Assembly: GCA_964016885.1 (NCBI GenBank)
Contig: OZ024741.1
Coordinates: 230,454,001-230,518,000, forward strand
Direction of reading: 5' to 3'
Source: Eledone cirrhosa
Taxonomy: Eukaryota
DNA length: 64,000 nucleotides
This document shows, piece after piece, positions 49,760 through 62,329 of the stretch. Under the pieces are notes generated by a model, which was given only the letters and a program-made list of their open reading frames with translations, did not search any database and was not told where the DNA came from. Both the position numbers and the translations under genes were made by a program. The first letter of the stretch is position 1, and the number at the start of each line of letters is the position of its first letter.

Positions 49760-51260
49760 ATTGCACCAAGAAAAATAGAACTTCGATGTGAAGAGATGAA
49801 TTTATTTGCTTTGACATATGTTTCTGTGACTATTATAAATTATCTACATAAGCTGGCTACAATATATATTGTTCGTTCAATCATGTGCAATACTTAATTA
49901 TTTATTATAATTGATCAGAAAGCTTATAGTAGTGAAATTCAACTATTCACTACGAGGTAGAATTTAGTAACGAGATTTTCGTTTCAGAAAATATAAATAA
50001 GTGAAAAATAGTGTGAAATACAGTCAGTGTGATAACAGGAGGAGGGGGAGTGGAGGTAAAGAGTTTCACACTAACAATCCGTGTGGTGTGAGGTGGAACA
50101 ATTATTCTTTGACCACTGTGAAGCTTCTGATGTTTACCATATATGGGGGTAGGGAATGTATAAAGAGAGGGACAGAGAAACATAAGGTAGAGATTAAGTG
50201 TAGGCTAGAGTGAGTAAAGAGAATAGGAATTAAGAAAATGGGATTGTTTTGAATACTATTGAATCCATTGGGTGTGAGAAATTCAAATGCCACAGTTAAT
50301 GTATCAAATAGGATATAGTAAAACCTAGGTATTAGGGATCGGATCTTGTTCTAGTCCAGTTTGTATTTAGCGAAGGTTTTAGAAATCTTGTTCTTCTATG
50401 AGCTTCAAGAACAGATAGCATAGCTTATTAGTTACCAGATCGTTGTAAGGGGGATTATACTATAGGTATAATTTTGTGCGGGATCTCTTTTATGTTTTCT
50501 TATTAGCAGAATTATTATTTGTCTCACCACTGCGGGGCTTTGAGCCGTTGGTATTTAAATTTGAAAGTTTTGTGTGGTATGCTTGTGATGTTTTCCCATT
50601 GGGTAGTTGGACTTTTCCTCGCATGGTGTATCTGTAAGAAATGTTAATGGTTCATCAATACCGGCCCTAATTAGAGCAGCGTTGTAGTAGTCCCCATGTT
50701 TGTTGAAAGAGGAGATTGTTGAATCTGGAGATCGTAAGGGATACATTTTTAACAATGGAGCTAGTGATAGTCCTAGGATGGTTAGACCAACGATTAACAT
50801 AATTTAAGTTATCATTAGATTAATGGAACGGTTCGTATATGCTGGACTTAAGGTCGAGACTCACATCTACAAAGTTGATTCGTTTAAGGCCCATGCGTTC
50901 AAAGAAGAATCTACTATCATTCCTTCTTCTTTCCAACTGCTGACCATTGAAGATCTTAACGAGTAGGAGAGCATCATTCCTATCTATTCCTCCTTTGAGG
51001 TCAGGGAATTCTAGATGTATCATGTGCATGAGTTATGTTCCTACAAGATCCGTAACTTGGGCCGAGTCACTCGAACTCATAATTATATCGATGTCGTTTC
51101 GCCAATCCTTACGCATCCTGTACTCATTGTCAAACATTATGATCGAACGTATAGCAGTTAAAATTATACAAACTTCATTTCTAACAATATTGTGCATCAC
51201 AATTATAGGCGCCTTATTCAGAAGGACATGAATAATAGTCATCTATGTCAAATTGACAGT
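49760..51260 (-). mobile_element. Naiad-type Penelope element, decayed
   Basis: DIIMSSSDSAQVTDLVG, GGIDRNDAL, INFVDVSLDL and YYNAALIRAG; hammerhead-like terminus at 49809-49922. Confidence 0.75.
49809..49922 (-). ncRNA. Hammerhead-like motif, long stem II, core mutated
   Basis: cttt-CTGATCA-...-GAAA-catatg-TC-aaag. Confidence 0.5.
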
Positions 51261-51323
51261 ATATTTTGGAAAATATCATATATTCTCACTAGCTTTGAGC
51301 GTTGGCAGGCAAACAGTAAACAT

Positions 51324-51358
51324 CACTGATGAAGGGTAATCACCCAGAAACATTAGTG
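51324..51358 (+). ncRNA. Minimal hammerhead core, inverted relative to the adjacent Naiad
   Basis: CTGATGA-agggt aatc accc-aGAAA-cattagtg; stem I pairing imperfect. Confidence 0.55.
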
Positions 51359-51490
51359 TCTGCTATTCTATATGCTTGTCAACACAAGTGTCAGAATGAG
51401 GGGCTCATTCTAATGACATGGCTTAAATAAGAGACTGTTTGCATCATTGCAAACCAATCGAATATTATTATTAATATTCGAAAAACTCTG

Positions 51491-51634
<144 letters not shown>

Positions 51635-51739
51635 AGGTTGAAAAGGTAAAACACCAGAGAGAGATATACAGTGCGCTATCAATAAAACAGGGAATTGCGA
51701 GGGTCTATGGCTCCGTTAATTTATCGTGATATATATATA

Positions 51740-52731
51740 TACACCAACACCAAAGCCCAAGTCATTACACCTGATGGGATGACATAGTTCTTTGAGATAC
51801 TGGCTGGTGTGCTCCAGGGAGATACATTGGCTCCCTACCTTTTTATCATCGTAGTGGACTATTGTATGCGCCTTGCACTGGAGAAACACCAGGACTCTGG
51901 CTTTACTGTAGCACCGGCTCAGAGCAGGAGAGTTAGGGCGAAAAAGGTATCGGATGCTGAATTTGCCGACGACATAGTTTCGGTGACAAATACAGTGATG
52001 GAGGCAGAGGATTTGATGCGGGAGGTTGAGACTGTGTCGATGAGTGTGGGGCTGAGAATGAATGAGACTAAAACAAAATATCTGGTAGAGAATGTTGAGA
52101 GGCCAGAGGGGATCACTAATGTAGGCGGGAAGCCGCTAGAATTGGTTGAGGGCTTCCTGTATTTAGGAGCAAAGTTTGGGAATACGGAAGATGATGTGGT
52201 TGAGAGGAAGAGCAAGGCCTGGGCGGCGTGCCACAGCTTGAGATCGGTGTGGAAGTCGGACCTTCGTAGAGACCTGAAAGTCCGCCTTTTCATTGCTGTA
52301 GTGGAGTCTGTGCTGCTGTATTGGTCTGAGACTTGGACACTGACCAAGAAACTCACTCAGATGGTGGATGGGTGCTACACGAGAATGTTGAGGATGGCTC
52401 TGAAGATTAATCAGTATACACTGAGGATGAAAAACTCAGAGCTGTATGGGAGCATCCCAAAAGTCAGCTCAATAGTGACACAGAGGAGACTGAGGTTAGC
52501 TGGACATGCTCACCGACATCCAGAGTTGACATTGCACTCAGTGCTCCTTTGGGAGCCCCTACATGGACACACTAGAAGAGGAAGACGAAGGTTAACGTAT
52601 GTTGATGCCCTAAGGACAGACACTGGTCTGTTGGAGACGCAGGACATGGCAGCGATAATGAGGGACAGAGACCACTGGAGAGAACTCGTCCACGGATCTC
52701 GGGAATTTTACCCGCCTTAGATAGATAGATA
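51740..52731 (+). mobile_element. 5'-truncated RTE-X LINE; 303-aa open RT C-terminal ORF and (AGAT)n tail
   Basis: GVLQGDTLAPYLFIIVVDY, EFADDI, AWAACHSL..VWKS, VESVLLY.SETWTLT and RRLRLAGH. Confidence 0.88.
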
Positions 52732-52754
52732 TATATATAGATATAATATTTTTT

Positions 52755-52970
52755 TCGATCGACTTTCGTCCTATCGGACCGAGAAAACAATGTTTTCGTC
52801 GATTTTTCCAGTTGCTAGTACTACCTATCGGTCGCAACTCCAGGTAGAAGGAGCAACATGAAATAAAGTGTGTTGCTCAAGGACATAACGCATCGCCCAG
52901 TCCAGGAATCGAACTCACAACCTCAAGATTGTGAATCCATTTCTCTTACCACTCAGTCACACACCTTCGC
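52755..52970 (-). mobile_element. CORE/Meta-like tRNA SINE
   Basis: Homologous to 43185-43388. Confidence 0.8.
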
Positions 52971-53052
52971 TGTACATACATACATACATGCATACATACA
53001 TACATACATACATACATACATACATACATACATACATACATACATACATACA

Positions 53053-53088
<36 letters not shown>

Positions 53089-53094
53089 TATATA

Positions 53095-53630
53095 TATGAA
53101 AACATGGCGTGCTGCGTGGTTGCAAATGGGTTACATATGAATAAATTTAGTCCTTCATTAATGATCTTCCAACCTTCATTGGTATTTCATCGCTTTAAAG
53201 ACCATACACCTTCGGTTGGTGCGAGTAACGGCTAAAGAAAGTCGTTGGGACACGTAAATAAGGGGAACGAGCGAGACCGTAAACAATCAAAGATGGTAAT
53301 GCAACGAAAAGTGAGGAAGAAGGAGTCAAGTCCCTGAAATCGATGAACATATGTTCTGTGAAATCGTAGACGAGAGAGAATAAAGACCATCCGACCTGGT
53401 CGAAGTGTGCGTGAGGAAACAATCGCGCACAGGTCAAACGGGAGGAAGTAGGAGAGGGGGTAAAAGTTAGAGGGGTAAAAGGAAGTGAGAGATACAGAGA
53501 AAAGGGGAAGCAGTCAGAAAGAAACAGACGGATCACAGCGGAGGAAATTATATATGCATATGAAAACATGGCGTTCTGCGTGGTGGCAAATGGGTTACAT
53601 ATGAATAAATTTAGTCCTTCATCAGTGATC
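53095..53630 (-). repeat. ~460-bp unit with ~70-bp terminal direct repeat, probably Penelope pLTR-derived
   Basis: gaaaacatggcgt...tttagtccttcat at 53098 and 53562; minus-strand CTGATGA at ~53623. Confidence 0.55.
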
Positions 53631-53730
53631 TATATATATATATAGTAATAATAATAAATTTGAAGACTAAAATCCAAAGAGGGCTCGATAAGGATAAAAA
53701 TATATCAAATATATAAGAAACGCAGAGCAA

Positions 53731-53830
53731 ATATTTATTAAAATAACAGATTAAAGTTTAAGCAAAGAATCGGTAAGGGTGAAAGCAGCGATTCTTTGCC
53801 AAAACTTTAATCTGTTATTTTAATAAATAT
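53731..53830. repeat. 100-bp palindrome; a single-arm homologue lies at 17295-17355
   Basis: atatttattaaaataacagattaaagttt...aaactttaatctgttattttaataaatat. Confidence 0.85.
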
Positions 53831-55318
53831 ATATATATAGCGAAGGCGTGTGGCTCGAATCTTGATATATATATATATATATATATAACTTGTTTGTGTA
53901 CGCACGCAAAGACCCCATGTGTCCACCAGCCATGAGACCTGCATCATGTGCAGGCTCTTACCCAGTAGCTTAGATCACCAGTCCCCATGTATATTATATA
54001 ACCATATGCACCACAGCCCTTAAGTAACTTTACTCACACCCCAATAATGTCCGGACCACTTCTGCATCCTTGTCATGTATATATTCCTTTTTTCCAACAT
54101 TTTATTTTATTTTATTTTACTTTATATTATATTATTTTATATTATTTTAATTTATGTACATACAAGCATTTTTTATATATATGTGCCACCCAAGTTATAT
54201 GTGATTAGTGCAGGGATACTATGCGGCTATAACATTTATGCATATTGTGCATGCACTTTCGGGCTTATATCGCCACATGATCGGGCTGGGTCCAAGCCTC
54301 AAGAACGTTGTCCCATATAATACTATGTGCACCATTGCACAGCTGCGCGTCTGTGTACGGATGGGATGTTATTCATCAAGTATGCGCTCTCGATATGAAC
54401 ATACGCGGGTACATGTATGTATGTGCGTCCACGCAAATATGCATGGGCACGTGTTGCACATGTCTGGGTGGATGTATTTGTATGAACATGTCTCTGTGTA
54501 GATCTTTCTTTTTTTCATCTGTGTATATATGTGCAGCGTCTTAACTATACACGCTTCCCTGAGTACAGTGTGTGAGTGTAGATATGTGTATATTTATCAA
54601 AAATACCTTCGAAATAACTTTTTTTGAAAGGCTGTTCCAAGCATTCATTTAAAAACGTTCTTTGTACAGATTTTTTTTATCTTTGAAATATATGTTTTAA
54701 GGTATTCCGAGGCTGTGTTCTTGAAATGTTATGGTTTTAAAATTGGTTTTAAAAGTTCCCTCCAAGCATTATTTACGGTGATTATCGCATACAATACAGT
54801 TGCGGGTGTGTACGTGATCGGTGTAGACGAGGGCGCCTAAAGACAGGGAAGACGTCGAAGAGCCGCCAGCAATTCAAGCATACAACCCCTTACCTACTAC
54901 AGTAGTAAATCCGATCTAAGAAATAAATTTGATTGACAGGTGGAGAATGAAAAGAACCACTTATAGTGGACAACTATGAGTGGCTAGAAATATAGTTGAC
55001 GTGTACAAGACACGTGGGAAGACTCTCTCTCATCCCATTCGTCAGTTGTGAGAACATTCCTCAGTCAAAGATCTATAGAAATATTTTCTGAGGCAAGACA
55101 ATAGTAGTTGTTTTTGTTTAAGTACAGCTGACCCCTCCATTGTGTTGGTAGTGGTAGTGGTGTTAAGGGGTCAGCTGGCAGGTCAGCTTTGGTTTGCTGC
55201 AGCTATGTTCAGAAGAATTTGTGTGTGGGGGTTAGCATCTATCCTGCCAGCATTTCACGTGGTGCGGTGTGCCAAACAAATAAAAAAATAAAATGCGTGT
55301 GTGTTATAACCAATATCA

Positions 55319-55432
<114 letters not shown>

Positions 55433-55458
55433 ATAGAGGTGTGATACACGAGTTGTGA

Positions 55459-55820
55459 TATATTAGATAAAGAAAAAGAAAATGCTGACAATTTTTTTCC
55501 AGTGAAAAATAGTTTAATTAGGAATAAGTATAAATTAGTAATAATTATTAGTTAGTATTCATTTATAGTTTTAAGTTTTTAACGGCTACACATTTCTTAT
55601 GCTTTTCAAAAAAAAATTTGAGATAGAGGGCTCGTGATTTTTGCACGAGAACTCTATCTTAAAATTATTTTTGAAAAGCATAAGAAATGCGCAACCGGTA
55701 AAAACTTAAACCTATAACTGAATACTAACTAATAATTATTACTAATTTATGCTTATTCCTAATTAAACTATTTTTCACTGGGAAAAATCTGTCAGCATTT
55801 TCTTTTCATTTTTTATAATA
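55459..55820. repeat. ~360-bp imperfect palindrome flanked by (TA)n
   Basis: ~175-bp arms meeting at ctcgtg-atttttg-cacgag. Confidence 0.9.
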
Positions 55821-55839
55821 TATATATATATATATATAT

Positions 55840-55969
55840 GAACAAGTATGACCCCGACGGCAGAGCTGAAGCAGTTTCGACGACAGTTTCTGGACTTGTT
55901 CCTATTACCTTAAGTTTTGTTTACTTTGGTGCGTAATGGTCCATCTGGTTCCTTACTACAATTCCTTCG

Positions 55970-55972
<3 letters not shown>
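55840..55972 (+). repeat. Hairpin-plus-tail family copy lacking the right arm
   Basis: ccccgacggcagagct and ggtgcgtaatggtccatctggttcctta are shared with 36555-36755. Confidence 0.7.
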
Positions 55973-56032
<60 letters not shown>

Positions 56033-56120
56033 GGAAAAATTTCAACAGGGACAAAACAGAGAGGCAGTACAACGAATGTTTATTAATTTCACGCTCTGGA
56101 GAGTGGGGTGTTGGTGGGGG

Positions 56121-56152
56121 ACGACGTTTCGGGCATAAGCCCTTCCTCAGGT
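56121..56152 (-). ncRNA. Minimal type I hammerhead ribozyme with intact core
   Basis: ac-CTGAGGA-agggc ttat gccc-GAAA-cg-TC-gt, with AATAAA downstream on the minus strand. Confidence 0.75.
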
Positions 56153-58659
56153 GAGAAGTGTGTGGGAACAGAGTTCAAAGGGTGTGTAGGGGAGTGGTGG
56201 AGATATATATATATCTATATCTATATATATATATATGTAAAAGAAATCAAAGAACGCCTATATACTCATACAATTTGTATTTGCTGTCAATGTTTCATCC
56301 ATACCATGAGGCAGGAATCATCAGAGCTTTATAAACAAAAATACAGTCCTGAGTATAAGCTCTACCAAGCTTAGTCACATGAACATTAGATAAACAGTAG
56401 AGGATAATAAGAGGGAGATCGGAAATTGATAGGAGGGAGAGAATGCGTAATGGGGTTGTTATTCAACATTACAGCTACATATGAGGATATAGGCAGATTT
56501 TCTCACAAGAGGCAGAAGCATGTGAGGGCACACAGAAACAAATAAAGCATTTAACGATAGTTAAAAAAATAAAATAATAAAGTAAAAGAAAAATAATAAT
56601 ATAAAAAAGATAAGTAAAGTAATTAAAGAAAGTTAATTAAAGCACATACAAGCCAGAGGAAGTTAACGTTCGTCACTATATAGAACAGATGATTTAGTTT
56701 TCCGTGACTTAGAGTAATAGAAATACTAAGAGTCCCCTAAGGTACCTTCAGAAAGTCCAAAGGGGATTTTATTCCTCCCAATAGTATACATAATCAGGGT
56801 GTACTTTTAGGTTACGGAATTACGTGGACCAGGGGTGCTAAACCTTCACATAGACAGTCACCACATCAATACAAGCCAAACACAAACAAAGCAGGGTTAA
56901 TGCTGAAGCAAATAATACACAACAAATATGGTTTAGTCCCTGTAAACGGCACATCTGTCGCGGAGTCACAACATATGTAATCCACCGTATAAGTCAATCC
57001 ATTCGGTTTTATATGCCCCGATTAGCGAAGAGTTATAATATAATTAGATCGTTCGTAGATGGTAATCCGGTCTAGAACTTACAACATATGTAGATCGTCC
57101 GTAAAGTGTAATCCAGTCGCATTCATATGCTCACCAAAACATATCAGCACATATAGTAACATGTGTTACAGGCTGATGTTACACATCAAAAAATCCTCAC
57201 ATGTTTAAAATTCCAGACAGGTGTGCTATATATCCAAGTTGCAGCTCCAAATTCCGTATAGCCAAATTCGTCACACCCAATCCAACCGCGAGTGCGTCCA
57301 AATAATGCCAGATTAAATGCAGCAGTAGTTCCCCGTTGACCAAACGCGCACAGCACGTAGATTAACAATCAATACAAAACAGAAAATAACACAAAGTGCT
57401 CAAATCAGTAAATCCACCAGGAACCCCAGTATGTTCATTAGGTGAGGCCATACCCATACAGGCATACAATAATTATATAAGACAGCTCACGTTCCCTGCA
57501 ATAATCCAGGAACTCAACTCCACAAAAATTAAACACAGTCGCTACACAGTTCGTTCCAAATCCGATAGCTATATACACACTAATCCATGACATAGAAGGC
57601 ACATACGGGGTGTTACTCTATTCAGTCACCAAATAATGACGTTTCAATGGCAGAGAAATGGGGCCTACTCTATCATGTCATCCATGAGGCTATTTAATTC
57701 GAAATGCCACAAAAATTCGATCACCAACTGAGTTATCACACTGAATCAATAAGATTCGTACTAATAAAGACTATATTATTATTATTATTGGACCTCCAGA
57801 ATTGTCAAGTGGGTCATACCAAAGACTATTAAATCGCGGTTAACGTAGGATATGCCAATAAGCCCAAGGTTAACTTTACTAATTCTATTATGGGGAAGTG
57901 TTTATACAGGGTCGGGGTCAAACTGATAGTATAATATATAGGTGCTATGGTAAAGGGAACTTTATTTAACCAAAAGGTGCAAGTACGGTGTCCTTTACCT
58001 CGGCATGAGTCGCATCTATTGCCAAGTATGGGGACCAAGCAGTGTACGCATGTCGCGCAGCAGGAAGGGTCTATCAATGGAACCAGATACACCCATATGG
58101 GTCTGTGGGACCAAGTCAAATGGGGCGAGTAGTTGAGTTACCTTCCGCATAATAGCTATGGGCTGTTATACCCGGTATAATACCATCCGCCATCAAGGGG
58201 AAACAATTCTTGGGACGCTACGCTATCCATCAGGGACCCAAAACTCAACAAATTAAATTTTGAATCCCTGGCCCAAACGGCGGCAAGGCGTACATACACA
58301 CACCAGTAACCCTCGAGTTGGGAGCTGATGGGTTGTGTTACTACCCAACCGCTGTGGCAAAAGGGAAGCCACGAAGTGTAGGTCACATGGGGGTCACTAC
58401 AAGGAACTTAAACATCCGTATCGTGCGCTGGGCTCACCGGAAACTAACCAACTGTTAAGCAATACACAAATCCAATGGAACAAAATGCCCCATTGTCATA
58501 CAAAATTGCATACCGAGGGAGGTCCACAGGAGGAAGCTAATTGGTTAAGGTAATAGAATTATGGAGGCGGGAAGTTGAAAGAGTGCTACAGGGTTATTGA
58601 AAAGGGAGGAATGATATCTCGGCGGATCTAGGTAATTGGCTTAAAGTGGTAAAAGGAAC

Positions 58660-60060
58660 TAAGATTCATGTGTATGCAAAAAGAAAATATTTTTGATTTC
58701 CTATAGAGCGGGTTACATCTAGAGTATATTATGGCCTGAGACTCTAGAAGACACAGGTTACAAGTTTTGCTCGGGGGGGGGGGGGGGGGGGGGGGCAGTA
58801 TGGCGTAGATTTAGTCACCTATCTCCAATTAAGGGTATAATCAATACTACCATTTTTTTTTAAAATAAATATATTTAGCCAGGGAAGTGATATTCCTGAG
58901 CCCTATCGTAATTAAAAGTATATTTGTGGGAGTTGTATCTAGTCTTAAATGAGGTAGAAGTAGATCCAACATATGTTTTGTTGGAGGTTGCCGTTACAAC
59001 ATCACATGCATAAACTATGTTTCTCATGAGGCAATTTCCCTTCAAAGGGCAATTTTCGCTCCGTCTACAATTACAGTTGCGGTGTGTGTTGCTGTTCGTG
59101 TCTTGGGAGGGCTGGTTGGTAATACTTTCCGGATATAGTATTTGTTCTTCCGAGGTGTTGCTACCACCATCAGGCGCATCATTTCCCAATGTGTTAGGTT
59201 GCTGGTGGTTACTTACAGCTTTGTTGGTGTCGAACCCTACTCTAATTTTTCCTATTATTAGTGCGTGCTAGGTGGTAGGCTAGGTTTGGGTAGTGGAGTA
59301 AGATAATTTAATCGTATTTTTATTAATTATACTATGGTATCTACTGCTAGGCGGGACATTCTTTTCTAGGATTAAGAAGAAGGTTTTGGGAATGTTAGTT
59401 AAGATTTCCGAGTTTTAGGGTGGGTTAAAGTATGTGTTTAGTCTTCTTCTATTTTTTCTATTTTTCCTCACAAGAGACGGGTTACTGTTAGAACTACCAT
59501 TATCCCTACTGCCGTCAATATTATTGCCAAAATATAGCTGCTGTGAAATTCCCTCACTATTTTGGTCACTACTCACATCAATAACTCCACTGTGCGTTGA
59601 GATTCTAGATCCCATCATACCGCTATTAGTGTTATTAGCAGGGATATGGGGAGGGTGCACAACAGGGCCATTCTGTGGGGGCAGGGCCGAACTATTCCCC
59701 ATAGGAGTCTTACCCCTACTCCTATTTCTATTACTATTATTATTCAATGACATATTGTGCGTAATTATACTATTTGGTCCAGCATGGGTGGATTGGTAGC
59801 TACTAGGTATGTAATATAGCTTATTCCTATAGTTGGACTTTGCTAGTGCATCATTATAATATTCAACATTAGAATAAAATACGTCCTCGTTACATGATAA
59901 ACGGCTAAACCTATTAGATACGCCTGTAATAATTGCATTTAGTACTGATTGAGGATGGTTAGAATCAGCATTCACATATGTCAGTCTCTCATTAGGTTTA
60001 TGATAAGGTGTGAAGATCTTATTTTCTAGGTCAAGTGTTACATCTAAAAATTCACTGTTT
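58660..60060 (-). mobile_element. Naiad-type Penelope element 3' half (RT thumb, Asn-rich linker, GIY-YIG)
   Basis: FLDVTLDL, SNHPQSV, YYNDALAKSNY, YFNPP, CNCRRSENCPLKGNC..IVY..YVGST..FKTRYNSHK and CNLCLLE. Confidence 0.85.
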
Positions 60061-60150
60061 TATTATTCCTATCTATAGTGATACTAAGGTTAAAACCTTT
60101 AAAGTATTTACGCAGGTCCTTCTTTGTCCTTTCATGTATATATATGTATG

Positions 60151-60199
<49 letters not shown>

Positions 60200-60200
<1 letters not shown>

Positions 60201-60810
60201 GTCAGGTCACTAGTTGGTGCTACTGGTAACATGTATCCCAGTACAACCTGTCCCATGGTCGGGTCGTTGGCGACTAAACTGGCAACCCCACCAACGTTTC
60301 TTGGTGAGGAGGGTGACTTTGGACATCCTGCAGGACTAAAAACAAAACCTGTCAAAGGGCAAAGGAGCTCTTAAGAGTCAATGGCCATCCAAAATCACCG
60401 GGTGAGATGACCCCTTAACCTTTGTCAAGGCAGAATTCTAGGAGAAGGAAAACTCTGATATAACACCTGCAACCCTGATGGTATCCATTGATGTTGACTT
60501 GTTCTTCTTTTTGGTAAATATCATCTTGGTTAAGAGAGTAGGACTGGCTTTGTGCAGTGTCTTTGCTCACTATAAAAGCTTCACGGCACATGCATTGCTT
60601 TATATCTGGAGATCTCTCTGCCCTTGTCGTCACATGGTACCATGGTCCCAGCACTATGTGTCAATAATTGTCACAGGTCTAGTGTTTGTACCAGAGTTTT
60701 AAAGTCGCTGGCTGGACAAAAAAGTCACACTCGTTCAGCGCATTGGTAGGGGTTCTCCTACATGGGTATAAAGTAGTGGCCGTACTCGAAAACTAGTTGG
60801 CAGCCACCAT
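60200..60810 (+). mobile_element. Non-autonomous RTE-related element, longer copy
   Basis: RTE-5'UTR-like ctaggagaaggaaaactctga; 3' 400 bp shared with 41321-41716; no coding capacity. Confidence 0.6.
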
Positions 60811-60824
60811 ATATAAATATATAT

Positions 60825-61246
60825 TGCGGAGGCTAAAAAGAACACAAGACTTGCTGAGGAAGGAAATCCTTTGTTCAGTCGTCAAAAACCATTAAATTGC
60901 AGACTCCTGCAAGCGGAATTTGTCGATCTTGGATTTGCAGAAACCTAGCGCTGATGTTGTATGCTGTATGTGATGTATATCGTATGCTATACGATATGCA
61001 TTATATATTTTGCAATCAGCCTCACCGTTTTGTCCAGGTCAGTCTCAAATCTTTTCCTGAGTCCTGTACTTTCGTTGCTCTAGTGATGCGGCTGGACTGC
61101 CGATCGCTATATTTGATTTGTTAAGCTGTCTAAACGTATTGTTATTACTCTGGGGTACTATTCCCCATCCGAGTCCTAAAGCTATAGACCGAATTTGCAT
61201 TCGTTAGCTTGGCCGCAAACTAAAGCTTCGTTAATGCTGTACTAAA

Positions 61247-61250
<4 letters not shown>
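60825..61250. repeat. Circularly permuted copy of the 10114-10860 unit
   Basis: Matches 10550-10860 and then continues into sequence matching 10200-10315. Confidence 0.75.
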
Positions 61251-61303
<53 letters not shown>

Positions 61304-61339
61304 TGTATGTATATATATATATATATATGTCTATATGTC

Positions 61340-61785
61340 TTAATTGTAGAGCTAAATCGGTTGAAATGGCTCGGCTGCTATTTATAGCTGTCGACCACCA
61401 TATTCACGCCAATGGGAGGACGATAGCATGTTGATAGTAGTTTTAGAATTGCAACATGTGCGACGGGTCACTCGCAGATCTGCATTTGATGTGTAAACAC
61501 AGATAGTTATTTCTTCCCCCTTGCTGAAGATCCAAGATTTAATTACTGTTACTTTACGGATTATTGGTGAAATGTATTTCTTTAATGAAATATATACAAG
61601 GAGGATTAATCATTTTTTAAAAGGTAATATTTGAAGCTCTAGTTAAACTTTAATTAGTTACCTACCTAGCTATGTTTACCTACCTAACTATGTTTACACA
61701 CTTTACAAATTATCCCCTCTGATTGTTTCATGTGTTTATTTTAAATATATATATATATGTCAATAATTTCTAGCTGATATATGGA
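61340..61785. repeat. Unclassified ~430-bp dispersed repeat
   Basis: Homologue of 39856-40285. Confidence 0.8.
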
Positions 61786-61807
61786 TATATATATATATAT
61801 ATATATA

Positions 61808-61921
61808 TAGGAAAAGAGTTTCCATAACTAGATCCGAACTATTACCCACTCTACTACGCTAAGTATCGAGTACTCTGGTGCGTTATGGTCCACCTGGTTC
61901 CTTACCACACTTTCTTTGTTA
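61808..61921 (+). repeat. Hairpin-plus-tail family copy (tail mostly)
   Basis: cccactctactacgctaagtat...ggttccttaccac. Confidence 0.7.
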
Positions 61922-62031
61922 TATATATATATATGTGTGTATTAAACATGATGTATATATTTATATTAATATATAAACATGTATATTTATATACATATGT
62001 ATATATGTATATATATATAGATAAAGATATA

Positions 62032-62073
<42 letters not shown>

Positions 62074-62329
62074 TAGATAGATATATAGATATATATGTGT
62101 GTGTGAGTGTGTGTGTGTATGTGTGTGAGTGTGTGACTGTGTTTCTGTGTGTTTATCGTAGGCCACCTTCGTTCACGAATGACTATGGTTTTGCACCTGG
62201 AAATTTACTCTCTACGGCACAAACCTGGGCCAGGTAAGTTTGTAGGAGACCAGCATTCACCTTTCCATGCCAGTCTTCCTTCTCCACACCACGGAAGTTG
62301 TCCAAAGAAAAGGCAATGGCTGATAGATC

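Noticed and set aside
58875-59189. Selenocysteine-type Naiad (in-frame TGA at Cys positions)
   Set aside because: The visible GIY-YIG-proximal cysteines here and at ~20200 use normal Cys codons; no SECIS identified
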